DNA from: a bacterium
GTDB taxonomy: Bacteria; CLD3; SB21
Length of the DNA: 64,000 bases
Direction of reading: 5' to 3'
Assembly (NCBI GenBank): GCA_013360215.1
Contig: JABWCP010000010.1
Coordinates: 1-64,000, forward strand
Position numbers and translations under genes: made by a program. Positions 27,717-37,853 of this stretch are shown here, in pieces; the first letter of the stretch is position 1; each line of letters opens with the position of its first letter. The notes below the pieces were generated by a model. The model did not search any database. It had not been told where the DNA came from and worked only from the letters and a program-made list of their open reading frames with translations.

Positions 27717-28133
27717 ATGGACATGGCAAGTGCATTTAATTCACTGAATTGGCTGGCCATTATCGTAGCCAGTATTTCGGCCTTTGTGCTCGGCGGTATT
27801 TGGTATTCGCCATTGATGTTCGGCAATGCCTGGATGAAAGTAGCCGGTATGACCGAAGAATCCGTCAAACAAGGCAATCCCGGTAAAATTTACGGCGGTG
27901 CTTTTTTACTGACATTGATCGCGGCGATCAATTTAGGAATGTTCCTCGGCCCCCAAAGCGATATGGCGTTTGGTATCGCGGCCGGTGCAGCGACGGGTAT
28001 CGGCTGGGTTGCTCCCGCGTTTGGTGTGGTCTATCTTTTTGAGCAGCGCCCGACACTTCAGTGGTTTATCAATGGTGCCTATTGGGTTGTCACATTTATC
28101 GTGATGGGTGCGATCATCGGTGCATGGCACTAA
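27717..28133 (+). CDS. DUF1761-family membrane protein
   Basis: NWLAI.VA...AF.LG.IWYSP..FG.AW, YLFEQR, INGAYW. Confidence 0.88.
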   Translation: MDMASAFNSLNWLAIIVASISAFVLGGIWYSPLMFGNAWMKVAGMTEESVKQGNPGKIYGGAFLLTLIAAINLGMFLGPQSDMAFGIAAGAATGIGWVAPAFGVVYLFEQRPTLQWFINGAYWVVTFIVMGAIIGAWH

Positions 28134-28149
28134 CAAAGTTTATAGATAT

Positions 28150-28182
28150 AAAAAAACCACGGCAACTAACCGTGGTTTTTTT
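28150..28182. terminator. Bidirectional intrinsic terminator
   Basis: AAAAAAACCACGG-CAACTAA-CCGTGGTTTTTTT. Confidence 0.9.
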
Positions 28183-28185
28183 ATG

Positions 28186-30603
28186 CTATTCAAAATCACA
28201 CGAACCGATCGGCGCGCCCGGTGGTGCTGGTTTAGGCTTGTAAGGCAGTACAAAACTTTTTGGTTCATCATTAAATTCTCGAATCAATCGAGCTACCTCT
28301 TCATAGTGGATTTTCCATGCACCGGTAGTTTTTTGGTTGGCAACCCATTGCCCCAGAGCATTGATCTTACTCCGTGTTATCGCCTGGATTTGCGGCTGGG
28401 CTTCGCCGGAATTAGCCAAATAAAATAACTGATACAAAGCTACATAATTGATCGTACGCTGTACCTCCGCTTCGGCAGTATTAGTAACTTGTTTTTTAAT
28501 GGTGCGGTTGATAAGGCTATCCAACACGGCAGCGGCATCAATCTTAGAAACTTCCCGGCGTTTTTGTTCCAGTAAGCGGTTCATACGTTGCGGATGCAAA
28601 AGTCCGCTGATCGTATGTTCGGCGGCTGTCTCTGCGATCGTCAAAGGATCAAGCATAATACCGGTTCGACGCGGGAATAATTCGCGATGCATATCGTATC
28701 CATCCGCACGCGGAGGGATAATCTTAATGATATGTTCGGGTAAAGTTAAAGCCGAAGTTTCGATGGTACTGAGAACTGCCGATAATGCACGTTCTTGCTC
28801 TTGATCGGTTGCCGGATACGCGGGTACACTTCCGTCACCACGCAGCGTATATTCATAATGCAAGCCGCCTATGATTTTAGCTGCCGCATCGGTTTGATAA
28901 CGATGCAATAAATAGATCGGTACCAATACTTCTTCGATCGTACTGTTGGGTTCGCCAACGCGAATAACGCGATCTGAAAAATTACCAAGGGCTTTCGCAC
29001 GAATCTTCATAATACGTAGGAGTTCGTCCGCGGCATTGGTACCATTATCCCAAAGATGCGCCGTGGGATGCGCTGTGCCGCGCGGCCGTGCATCCGTATC
29101 CGTGATGTACGTGAGACCTTGCTTGCGGCTTTGATCTATGATCGCACGTAATCCTTCTTTTTCCGAAGCGGCGTCTTTAAACGTTGCGTAAGCAAACCGT
29201 ACCGTAGCTTTATCCCATGCGCCTATGCCCGTAGCGTACGCATTATCTAAACTGATTTTCCCTTCCGGCGTGAACGAGATCAGCGGATGGGGATAATCCA
29301 TCACCGAAGCACGTTCGGAAACGCTGGCGGCAAAGTTATGCTGAAATCCGAGTGTATGTCCGACTTCGTGTGCGGACAGTTGTTGCAATCGCGCCAGTGC
29401 CATAGCTTCCATTGCTTTCGGGGCAGGTTTACCTTCTTCAAACGGCGCAAGCAATCCTGTGGCTATCAGATAATCCTGTCGCACACGGAGTGATCCGAGC
29501 GAAACGTGACCTTTGATAATTTCTCCCGTGCGCGGATCCGTAATCGGATTACCGTACGACCAGCCGCGCGTCGAACGGTGAACCCACTGAATGACATTAT
29601 AACGTACATCCATCGGATCAGCCGTGTCCGGTAATACTTTGACCTGAAAGGCGTTGATAAAACCGGCGGATTCAAAAGCTTCGTTCCACCATGATGCGCC
29701 CTCCAGAAGAGCGGAACGAATCGGTTCCGGTGTGCCACCATCCACATAATATACGATCGGCTTTACCGCTTCGGATTTTTCAGCAGCCGGATTTTTTTTC
29801 TCTAAACGGTGGCGCGTGATCCAGCGTTTTTTGATCGGTTCCGCGATCGGTGTCGCATAGTCGTGAAATTCGACCCAAATCATACCGGCGCGCGGATCAT
29901 GCCAACGCGGTTGATAACCCGGATCCGGTAACTGCACAAACGAATGATGCTGATGAACAGTCACCGCATCGGGCGAAGGTGTCACGGAGCGCAACCATTC
30001 GCCGGCCGGGCCGCCGGTAAACGTCAATACGGCATCAAACTCCGAATTGCGAGGAAAGTTTTTGGTTCGCTCCATATACATCGCACTGCGCGAAGCATCC
30101 ACCTGATAATTTCCCTGCTGCGTACTTTTGAGCGAACCGGCCACATCGTGCGCATCCCGCATAAAAAAAGACGTGGCATCCACCAGCACGCGGCGTCCTT
30201 CTTCGGCGTCGACCGTAAATCCCCACAAAATTGATTCGGCAAATGATTCGCGTACGGCTTGCCGTTCACGCGGGTCGTCGGAATTGGCGCGATAATACGT
30301 ATTGGATTCGATCAAAAGCACTTTGGGGCCGACACGGGTAAAACGAACCAAACGACTACCGCCGATCTGCCCGCGATCCAAACCGATATCATTGGAACCA
30401 ACGCCGTGCGAAAGCCCTACGATGTAAATGAAGTCATTGTCCCATCGTTCGACTTCTAAAAAAATTTTTCCGGATTTTTCATCCCAATAATACGGAATGT
30501 ATCCGTCGTATTTTTTCATCGTCGCGGTTTTATTCGCGAGAGAGGACGTTTGTCCCCACAGTGAAAGGCCGGCAAAGATGAACAGAAAAAAAGTACGCAC
30601 CAT
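28186..30603 (-). CDS. Secreted zinc-dependent metalloprotease (DUF5117/DUF4953 type)
   Basis: Signal peptide, KPIVYYVD, DPRTGEIIKG, HEVGHTLGFQH metzincin motif, SVMDYP Met-turn. Confidence 0.92.
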   Translation of the reverse strand: MVRTFFLFIFAGLSLWGQTSSLANKTATMKKYDGYIPYYWDEKSGKIFLEVERWDNDFIYIVGLSHGVGSNDIGLDRGQIGGSRLVRFTRVGPKVLLIESNTYYRANSDDPRERQAVRESFAESILWGFTVDAEEGRRVLVDATSFFMRDAHDVAGSLKSTQQGNYQVDASRSAMYMERTKNFPRNSEFDAVLTFTGGPAGEWLRSVTPSPDAVTVHQHHSFVQLPDPGYQPRWHDPRAGMIWVEFHDYATPIAEPIKKRWITRHRLEKKNPAAEKSEAVKPIVYYVDGGTPEPIRSALLEGASWWNEAFESAGFINAFQVKVLPDTADPMDVRYNVIQWVHRSTRGWSYGNPITDPRTGEIIKGHVSLGSLRVRQDYLIATGLLAPFEEGKPAPKAMEAMALARLQQLSAHEVGHTLGFQHNFAASVSERASVMDYPHPLISFTPEGKISLDNAYATGIGAWDKATVRFAYATFKDAASEKEGLRAIIDQSRKQGLTYITDTDARPRGTAHPTAHLWDNGTNAADELLRIMKIRAKALGNFSDRVIRVGEPNSTIEEVLVPIYLLHRYQTDAAAKIIGGLHYEYTLRGDGSVPAYPATDQEQERALSAVLSTIETSALTLPEHIIKIIPPRADGYDMHRELFPRRTGIMLDPLTIAETAAEHTISGLLHPQRMNRLLEQKRREVSKIDAAAVLDSLINRTIKKQVTNTAEAEVQRTINYVALYQLFYLANSGEAQPQIQAITRSKINALGQWVANQKTTGAWKIHYEEVARLIREFNDEPKSFVLPYKPKPAPPGAPIGSCDFE

Positions 30604-30737
30604 TTGGGTCTCCGGTATTTTTTTGGGATCCGAATATGAAGTAAATATATATATGACGGGCTTGAACGGATTAGACGATTACCATTCGCTTACGAAGTCC
30701 GTGCCGAAAAAGTTGCACCGAAAAGCGAGGTCTCTTT

Positions 30738-32030
30738 TCATTCCAAAGTTTTGAAGAAGATGGCTGCTAAAAAGCCAAATAGTGTGGACAACCCGGTCAC
30801 AGAACCGCCTTTGTGAAACGCCTCCGGTAACATGGTTTCTGCAATCATGGTGAGCATCGCACCGGCGGCCAATCCTTCGACAAGCGCAAAGAGAAACAGC
30901 GGTGCTTCGGCAAAAAACAAATTACCGAAGTACGCGCCAATCCCGGTCGCAATCATAAGCGACATCCACATCCAAAAGATTTTTTGCCCGCTGTACTTTT
31001 GTTGACGCATACCGACGGAACTGGACAATGCTTCCGGGAAATTGGATAAGAACAATCCGGCCAGAAGCGAAAAACTGATCGAAGCATGGAGCATACTGGA
31101 ACCGATGACAAGCGATTCCGGAATGCCGTCCAAAAAGATACCGAGCCATATCGCGAGCGGTGCGCCTCCATGCGATTCCGAAACTTGTTTGACTTCTTGT
31201 GCCGTCGGAGGTTGCATATGCGCCTCCAAATGATGCGTGGCATCATCATACCACGCTTCGGCATGTTCATCACTGACCGGACCGTGTTCTTTCAGATCGG
31301 CTAAACGCGTTTCTACCAAACTGTGCATCGCCGCAGCGAGCACAGGTGACTGGCGTATTAAAAAATCAAAATCTTTTTTGTGAATCTCCCACGCCAACAC
31401 ATCCGTCTGGGCCGTTGCGGAAGCCGTCCGCGGTTCACCGGTGATTAACGCCATTTCACCAAACACATCCGACGCACGCAATGTCGCAATGGTGCGATTA
31501 TTTTGCTTAGGATCGGTGATGAGCACGTCGCCTGATTGAATGACAAACATGCTTTCGCCGGGATCACCCTGGCGAAGAATACATTCGTCTTTTTTGAAAC
31601 GATGTGTTTTGACGGTACGTACCAACGCGGTGAGTTCTTCGGGCGGAAGAATCTGAAACAGCGGAACCTTGCTCAAACGGCGATAAAACGATTGATAACT
31701 CCGAAGTTTAAGTTTATTCAAATGCTGCATCGTCGTCGCCGCTTTACGAAGAAAACCACCGTTGTCATTGACGATTTTATTAAGCAGAACAAAAAGTAGC
31801 CCGCCACCGATACAACCGGCGGCCAAAGGATAAAATTCACCTTTGCGTAAGGACTCGGCTACTAAATCAATGGTCAGTGCAGCTAATAACGCGCCTCCGC
31901 CAAATGCCATCATCGCTGCGACCACGCGATCTTTGGGTGTCCAATACATGGCGATAATCGCTCCCAGAGGCAACGATGCAGCGCTCAAAAGTCCCATCAG
32001 AAATGATTGAACAGCCAAATCTTGTAGCAT
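30738..32030 (-). CDS. ZIP (ZupT-like) metal transporter with inserted cyclic-nucleotide-binding domain
   Basis: MAFGGGALL, GIFLDGIPESLVIG, SNFPEALSS, AAGAML.M..ETM.PEA; central cNMP domain with QGDPGESMF.I.SG and FGEMAL.TGEPRTASA. Confidence 0.88.
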   Translation of the reverse strand: MLQDLAVQSFLMGLLSAASLPLGAIIAMYWTPKDRVVAAMMAFGGGALLAALTIDLVAESLRKGEFYPLAAGCIGGGLLFVLLNKIVNDNGGFLRKAATTMQHLNKLKLRSYQSFYRRLSKVPLFQILPPEELTALVRTVKTHRFKKDECILRQGDPGESMFVIQSGDVLITDPKQNNRTIATLRASDVFGEMALITGEPRTASATAQTDVLAWEIHKKDFDFLIRQSPVLAAAMHSLVETRLADLKEHGPVSDEHAEAWYDDATHHLEAHMQPPTAQEVKQVSESHGGAPLAIWLGIFLDGIPESLVIGSSMLHASISFSLLAGLFLSNFPEALSSSVGMRQQKYSGQKIFWMWMSLMIATGIGAYFGNLFFAEAPLFLFALVEGLAAGAMLTMIAETMLPEAFHKGGSVTGLSTLFGFLAAIFFKTLE

Positions 32031-32133
32031 GATTTTTTATCCTCGGTTAAATAGATCAACGAGAGGTGTCAAAGCGAAGTGCGATGGATTTATTGTACTA
32101 ACAAACGATGAAAAGTGCAATCGCTGCATTCGT

Positions 32134-33489
32134 TTACAAACGCACAAGTTTCCAAGAGCCGCGATTGAATTTTATAAAACTAAGTACACCAAACAATGTG
32201 ATGTAAACACCCCACGCTATCCACGGCCCGTAGTTTCGCAGATTCAGAGTAAATGTAAGCAAATAAGTCAGCGGCAAAAAAACACCCCAGTTAACCAAAA
32301 TTTCCATCATCATCACCCATCGCGTTTGCCCTGCGCCCTCAAGCGCCGTTGATAAAACCATCCCGGCTGCATCTACGATTTGCACTATTCCGACAAGCCG
32401 CAGCGGGCCAATCGCATACTTCATCACTTCTTCGTCATCCGTAAATACACGCACGACCCATTCCGGTGCGACGAGAAATAAAATGCCCACGCTTCCCATA
32501 AATATAATACCGAGTTTCATCGCTTCGTAACCTGCACGTTCGGCGCGTTCAGTGTTACCGGCGCCAAGACTGTGACCGATCATCGTCGCGGCGGCAATTC
32601 CGAAACCATATCCCGGCATAAATGAAACCGATTGAATATTGATCACCAGATTAACTACAGCGGCTTGCGCGACACCGACCCGATCCACCATAGCATAAAA
32701 CACCAACAATCCGCCGATGACCATCACGCCACGAAACATATTGGGCCAAGCCAGCCGGGCAATCTCTCCGACCAATTCCCAGCGCCACTTTGCACCGGAA
32801 AATAATTCATAATCGGCTAATGTTTTTTTACGATGCCAAAACGTGTATAAAATAAGAAAAGAAAATCCGCATATCATGGAAAGCGCCGAGCCGACGGCTG
32901 CACCGGATACGCCCATTGCAGGCGCACCCCAATGGCCATAGATAAACATATAATTGCCGCACAAATTGGCCGTGAATAATATGCCCGCCGACATAAGAAA
33001 TACCCGTGTGCGACCGATACCGCTGAAAAAACCGCGCAATGCAAAGAACATCCCCGACAACCAAAGCGTCGCAAATAAAACACGGATGTATCCCGTCGCC
33101 AAAGAGGCTACTTCTTCATTAGCTGATATCCATCGTGTCAACCGGGGCGCCATGCTATACAAAACGATCATTGAGAAAAAACTCAACGTTAGTGAAAACA
33201 CCAGCGCATGATGCAGTACTTCGCCACAAGCCGGGAGTTGCCCTTCACCAAATCGGCGCGCACTGATCGCTTGCGTTGCCAATTCGACGGAGCGGAGAAC
33301 CCAATTGACGGTCCAAAACACCATAACGGCTTGACCGGTTGCAGCCAACGCCGTTGCGCCGAGTCGGCCCACCATGATCGTATCCGTCAGACCTATCGCC
33401 GTAATGGATGCAAGCCCTGCAACCACCGGAAGCGCCAGATGCAGTACCTCTGTAGAAAGTTTACGATCTAATGTGAACCACTTTTTCAT
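32134..33489 (-). CDS. MATE family efflux transporter
   Basis: LALP, DTIMVGRLG..ALAA, NYMFIYG.WG.PAMGVSGAA, IG.SLGAG, GAGQTR. Confidence 0.93.
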   Translation of the reverse strand: MKKWFTLDRKLSTEVLHLALPVVAGLASITAIGLTDTIMVGRLGATALAATGQAVMVFWTVNWVLRSVELATQAISARRFGEGQLPACGEVLHHALVFSLTLSFFSMIVLYSMAPRLTRWISANEEVASLATGYIRVLFATLWLSGMFFALRGFFSGIGRTRVFLMSAGILFTANLCGNYMFIYGHWGAPAMGVSGAAVGSALSMICGFSFLILYTFWHRKKTLADYELFSGAKWRWELVGEIARLAWPNMFRGVMVIGGLLVFYAMVDRVGVAQAAVVNLVINIQSVSFMPGYGFGIAAATMIGHSLGAGNTERAERAGYEAMKLGIIFMGSVGILFLVAPEWVVRVFTDDEEVMKYAIGPLRLVGIVQIVDAAGMVLSTALEGAGQTRWVMMMEILVNWGVFLPLTYLLTFTLNLRNYGPWIAWGVYITLFGVLSFIKFNRGSWKLVRL

Positions 33490-33726
33490 ACCGTGTATAA
33501 TCCGTATTAATCAGACAACAAAATCGTATCAAGATTTCATCACTATACGATGAAAATCTCTTTTGTTCAATCTCGCACATGCAATCTTGATCACTAAGTT
33601 TATCTAAGTGATCGTATAAAAAGTGATCCATCCTTCGTTTCTAATATTAAAAAATCAGAACCCGCCCTCTGACATTAGATTCAATGAACTTCATATACAA
33701 TCCTTGCGTGATAAAATTAAACAAAT

Positions 33727-33762
33727 AAAAAAGCCGCTAATGGAACATTCCAATAACGGCTT
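33727..33762 (-). terminator. Probable terminator after ftsZ
   Basis: Minus strand AAGCCGTTATTGGAA...CCATTAGCGGCTT followed by a T run. Confidence 0.65.
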
Positions 33763-33799
33763 AACCCTGTCTTTTTGAGAGAAAAGACGTTTATATTTT

Positions 33800-35044
33800 T
33801 TACATCTTTCGTTGACGAGCGGCATTACGCAAAAAAGCCGGTATGGCGCTGTCATCCTGTGCATCCGTTCCGGTCTTGGACAGAAAATCGTCTTCTTCCG
33901 CAACGGGTTCGCTCTCTTTCATACGCTCGTATGCCGGCTGATCCAGTTTACCGTATTTCTGCTCTTTGAGTTCTTTCAAATGCTCATAATAATCATGCGG
34001 ATTTTTCTTCGTCCGCAAGGTCATCGGTTGCTGCGCTTGTTCAGAAGCCGAAGTCGGCATCTCCGGGGCAACGGATTTGGTATAACGATGTTTATTGAGA
34101 CCGGCGGCGATAACCGTGACGTGCACTTCGTTTTTGAGATTTTCGTCCACCGAATAACCCCAGATCACATCCGCTTCTTCGCCGGCGACACCGGTGATCA
34201 TATTGGAAATCTGATCTACTTCTTCCGTTGTAAAATCCGGAGGGCAGGTCAGATTGAGCAATACGCCGGTTGCACCTTCGATACTCGTTTCTTCCAGGAG
34301 AGGGCTATTGATGGCTTGTTTGACCGCCATTTCACCACGACCCTCGCCGGAACCGACACCCATGCCCATGATCGCATCGCCAGCGCCGCTCATGACGCGC
34401 TTGACATCGGCAAAATCCACATTGACATAACCGGTATTGGAAATCAAATCGGCGATACCTTTGGTCGCACGATACAGTACGTCGTCAGCGGTACGAAATG
34501 CCTGAATGAACGGTGTATTTTTGGGCATGACCATCAGAATTTTTTCGTTGGGAATCACGATCAGCGTATCCACGTTTTTGCGGAGCTCTTCGACGCCGCG
34601 CAACGCCTGACGCATACGTTTCTCTTTTTCAAAGTTAAACGGTTTTGTCACGATACCGATCGTCAGTGCGCCCATACTTTTAGCGACTGAAGCCACGATC
34701 GGTGCGGCGCCGGTACCCGTACCGCCACCCATGCCGCATGTAATAAATACGAGGTCCGTGCCGTCTAAAATCGCTTTGATCTGATCCATGTCTTCTTCGG
34801 CGGCCCGTTTGCCGAGCTCCGGATCTGCACCGGCACCAAGACCGCGTGTCAGATTTTTTCCGATCTGGATTTTGTGGTGCGCTTGATTGCGCTCTAAGGC
34901 CTGCACATCGGTATTGATCGCGACAAATTCGACGCCGGACAGCGTGGACGCGATCATCGTATTGACGGCATTACATCCGCCGCCACCGATGCCGACGATG
35001 CGCATTTTGGCACCGTATTCGCGGGCTTCTTCATAAGTAATCAT
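33800..35044 (-). CDS. ftsZ: Cell division protein FtsZ
   Basis: GIGGGGCNA, GMGGGTGTG, NVDFADV, C-terminal IPAFLR. Confidence 0.99.
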   Translation of the reverse strand: MITYEEAREYGAKMRIVGIGGGGCNAVNTMIASTLSGVEFVAINTDVQALERNQAHHKIQIGKNLTRGLGAGADPELGKRAAEEDMDQIKAILDGTDLVFITCGMGGGTGTGAAPIVASVAKSMGALTIGIVTKPFNFEKEKRMRQALRGVEELRKNVDTLIVIPNEKILMVMPKNTPFIQAFRTADDVLYRATKGIADLISNTGYVNVDFADVKRVMSGAGDAIMGMGVGSGEGRGEMAVKQAINSPLLEETSIEGATGVLLNLTCPPDFTTEEVDQISNMITGVAGEEADVIWGYSVDENLKNEVHVTVIAAGLNKHRYTKSVAPEMPTSASEQAQQPMTLRTKKNPHDYYEHLKELKEQKYGKLDQPAYERMKESEPVAEEDDFLSKTGTDAQDDSAIPAFLRNAARQRKM

Positions 35045-35092
35045 AATAATCCTCCATGGGAGAGGTTGGTGAAATGAGTATTATATTAATTT

Positions 35093-36418
35093 TTAAAAAA
35101 ATTCTTCCGTCCAGCGTTTCATCTTTTTGGAAATTTTCTGATACAAGGGCGCCTGGTATTCACCGGTTTGGCTTTGCATTTCCAAAGCGTCCGTATGCGT
35201 TTCCCCCGGATCGCCCTCCGTCGGACCTTCCGGAGGTGTTTCGTCACCTTCGTCTTCCATATCGTCATCGCCCGATTTTTCTTTTTGGATACCGTAGTGA
35301 ATCAATCCGATACCTGTTGCATAGATCGGGCTATTGGCGGCATCCATGAGTCCGCCGAAACCGCGCGGTGAACCGATACGTACCGGCAACTGGAAAATTT
35401 CCGTTGCCAATTCCGCCGACCCTTCCAGCAGCGAACCGCCGCCCGTGAGTACAACACCGGCATTCATCATACTGCGCAACTTACTTTTTTCGATAACGGA
35501 GCGCACCAGATTAAAAATTTCCATCATGCGCGCTTCGATGACTTTCGAGAGAAACTGGCGATTTTCACGCCGCGCATCGCGCCCACCGACTCCCGGTATC
35601 AGAATACTTTCCGTTTCATCCACGAGCGAAGCCATTGCGCACCCGTGTTTCTTCTTTATTTCTTCCGCTTTGTCATAGGGTATTTTTAAACAAATTGACA
35701 CATCATTGGTCACGGCTTGTCCGGCAATACCGAGCATATCCGTATTACGAATGCTGCCGTCAAAAAACATCGCGATATCCGTCGTACCGCCGCCGATATC
35801 AATCAGTACGACTCCCAACTCTTGCTCATCCGTTTCGAGTACGGCGTAACTTGACGCCAGCGGTTCTAACACTAAATCTTTGACTTTATATCCCGCGCGT
35901 TCGACACAACGATAAATATTTTGTGCCGAAGCGACGGCGCCCGTCACGACATGCGCTTCCACTTCAAGGCGCGTACCGGTAAGACCGATCGGATTTTGAA
36001 TACCTTCTTGTTTATCAACGATAAATTCTTGCGGGATGACGTGAATGATTTCACGATCCATCGGCATATTGATGGCTTTGGCGGCATCAATCACGCGACG
36101 CACATCGTCTTCGGTGATCTCGCGATCGTCGCGACCGACCGCTACGACAGCGTGGCTATTGATTCCGCGAACGTGATCTCCGGCTATGCCGACGTACACC
36201 GATTCCGCCTGAATGCCGGCCATGAGTTCGGCCTGCTGCATGGCTTTTTTGATGGATTCGACAGTATGTTCGATATTGACCACCATACCGCGCCGGAGTC
36301 CGACCGACGGGCATGTACCGACACCTTTGATTTTAATTTCTTTTCCGCCGACCTCGGCGATCAGCGCCGCGATTTTGGTGGTACCGATATCGAGACCAAC
36401 CACAATGCGATTTTTCAT
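35093..36418 (-). CDS. ftsA: Cell division protein FtsA
   Basis: GLDIGTTKI, EPLAS, IDIGGGTTD, VLTGGGS, C-terminal amphipathic KMKRWTEEFF. Confidence 0.98.
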   Translation of the reverse strand: MKNRIVVGLDIGTTKIAALIAEVGGKEIKIKGVGTCPSVGLRRGMVVNIEHTVESIKKAMQQAELMAGIQAESVYVGIAGDHVRGINSHAVVAVGRDDREITEDDVRRVIDAAKAINMPMDREIIHVIPQEFIVDKQEGIQNPIGLTGTRLEVEAHVVTGAVASAQNIYRCVERAGYKVKDLVLEPLASSYAVLETDEQELGVVLIDIGGGTTDIAMFFDGSIRNTDMLGIAGQAVTNDVSICLKIPYDKAEEIKKKHGCAMASLVDETESILIPGVGGRDARRENRQFLSKVIEARMMEIFNLVRSVIEKSKLRSMMNAGVVLTGGGSLLEGSAELATEIFQLPVRIGSPRGFGGLMDAANSPIYATGIGLIHYGIQKEKSGDDDMEDEGDETPPEGPTEGDPGETHTDALEMQSQTGEYQAPLYQKISKKMKRWTEEFF

Positions 36419-36442
36419 AATATCACCTATGTTTTATCTATG

Positions 36443-37822
36443 CTAATTCCTAAGAAAAATTTGCCCGTTGTATCGCAGATCCACTTCGCGCGTACCCTTG
36501 ACCGCGTCATCTTCTTGTTTGAAGTGCTGCGCCGCCGCTGAAAGATAAACAGCCGCACGCATAAGTTCTTCGTCCTCTATGCGAAAAGCGACATGCAGTG
36601 AATTCAAAAATACCGTCATGTCTTTTTTATTGACGACCACTTCCGATATATCGTAAAACAAAGATTCATCGGCCTCTTTAGCCTTTGCAAGAAATTGTAA
36701 CGCCAGCGGCAAACGGTCATTTTTAAATTTTTTGCCCGGTTGCGCCACGCCGGTCATACCGGAAATCACCGGAAGATTGTAAATCATCCGCGCTTTCAAT
36801 TTGGGCAACACAAATCCGTTCGCATCTACAGGATACAATTCGTCCATCGGCAAAAAAGCAAACGGCTCGCGTTCTTTGACCGTAATCACGACGCTGGACG
36901 GATAGTTACGGCTTACCGCCACATGCTCAAAAAGCGGATTCATTTTGATGCGATCTGCGGTTTTGGTCAGATCGATTTCCGCCAAACGCCGTCCCATATC
37001 CAGATCCGCCGCCTTGATAATATCTTCTTTACTGCCGATCAGATTGCCTTGCACGTACACATTGCGTAACGAGAAAAGTGACGAATTAACCACCCATTCC
37101 TGCCAGTTAAAAAGCACCATAACAAAAAACAGCAGTAACAACACCGAAACCGTTTTGACGGCAAGTTTATTGATTCGACGCGCGCGCCGCTCTTGTTTTC
37201 GGGCACGTTTGGCTTCCTCGGCTTTGATGCGCGCTTCTTCCGTCAGATAAAAACCTTCCGAAAAATCACGATTGATGATCTTCGGTTTGGCCTCTTTGGG
37301 AATAATTCCGGGTTTGGTGTGAACTTCAACCGCTTCTTGGGATTCATCCTCAGAATTTTCCGACAGCGTGACCGCCTGCGGTTGAGGTTCTTCAGCCGCA
37401 ATAGCTATAATCTCATCGTACGGTCCGGAATTTTCTTTCACCTCTTCCGCTGCCGCCGGGATGGCATCGGCTTCCGCTTGTTCGGTCCGACCAAACACTT
37501 TATCCAGGCTGATCTCTTCCGTCGGTTGGCTAACCGATGCACGAATGGATATCTCTTCCGCTGTCACTTCATCGCGTTTGTGAATTTCGCGCACCGCGTT
37601 TTCAGTGGACTCGTCTTTTTTATGTTCGGCGGTTCCGTTAAATTCGCCCATCAGAATCGGATTTTTAAACGTCCGCTCAATTTGAATCTTCTTGATCACG
37701 GTTTCTTTGTTTTCGGTGTGTCCTGTTTCGGCCGATTTAGACAAAAACGAAGGTTCCTCCGGAAGGATATTTTCCTTCACAAACAAATCGACCTGTGCCA
37801 CTTCGCGTTTTTTTCGTATCAT
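36443..37822 (-). CDS. ftsQ: FtsQ/DivIB with long acidic N-terminal extension
   Basis: TM near residues 221-241, POTRA-like V.VQGN...V.R.YP....I.V.ER.P, C-terminal VDLRY..QI; located between murB and ftsA. Confidence 0.9.
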   Translation of the reverse strand: MIRKKREVAQVDLFVKENILPEEPSFLSKSAETGHTENKETVIKKIQIERTFKNPILMGEFNGTAEHKKDESTENAVREIHKRDEVTAEEISIRASVSQPTEEISLDKVFGRTEQAEADAIPAAAEEVKENSGPYDEIIAIAAEEPQPQAVTLSENSEDESQEAVEVHTKPGIIPKEAKPKIINRDFSEGFYLTEEARIKAEEAKRARKQERRARRINKLAVKTVSVLLLLFFVMVLFNWQEWVVNSSLFSLRNVYVQGNLIGSKEDIIKAADLDMGRRLAEIDLTKTADRIKMNPLFEHVAVSRNYPSSVVITVKEREPFAFLPMDELYPVDANGFVLPKLKARMIYNLPVISGMTGVAQPGKKFKNDRLPLALQFLAKAKEADESLFYDISEVVVNKKDMTVFLNSLHVAFRIEDEELMRAAVYLSAAAQHFKQEDDAVKGTREVDLRYNGQIFLRN

Positions 37823-37853
37823 AGTTTAGGTACGTTTGCGCATCGCTGCGCCG

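Noticed and set aside
14400-33500. Accessory stretch as a genomic island or prophage inserted at the tRNA-like gene
   Set aside because: No integrase, transposase or phage gene is present, and I saw no duplicated tRNA 3' end (att site).
33589-33614. GATCACT-N11-AGTGATC inverted repeat upstream of the MATE gene as a dif or recombination site
   Set aside because: It does not match XerC/XerD arms and no recombinase is nearby. It could be an operator, but nothing else supports that.
33812-34690. 292-aa plus-strand ORF, and similar long antisense ORFs (46873-47721, 37193-37864, 17788-18435, 12112-12729, 51941-52561)
   Set aside because: These are shadow frames opposite well-conserved genes, with no motifs or translation signals.
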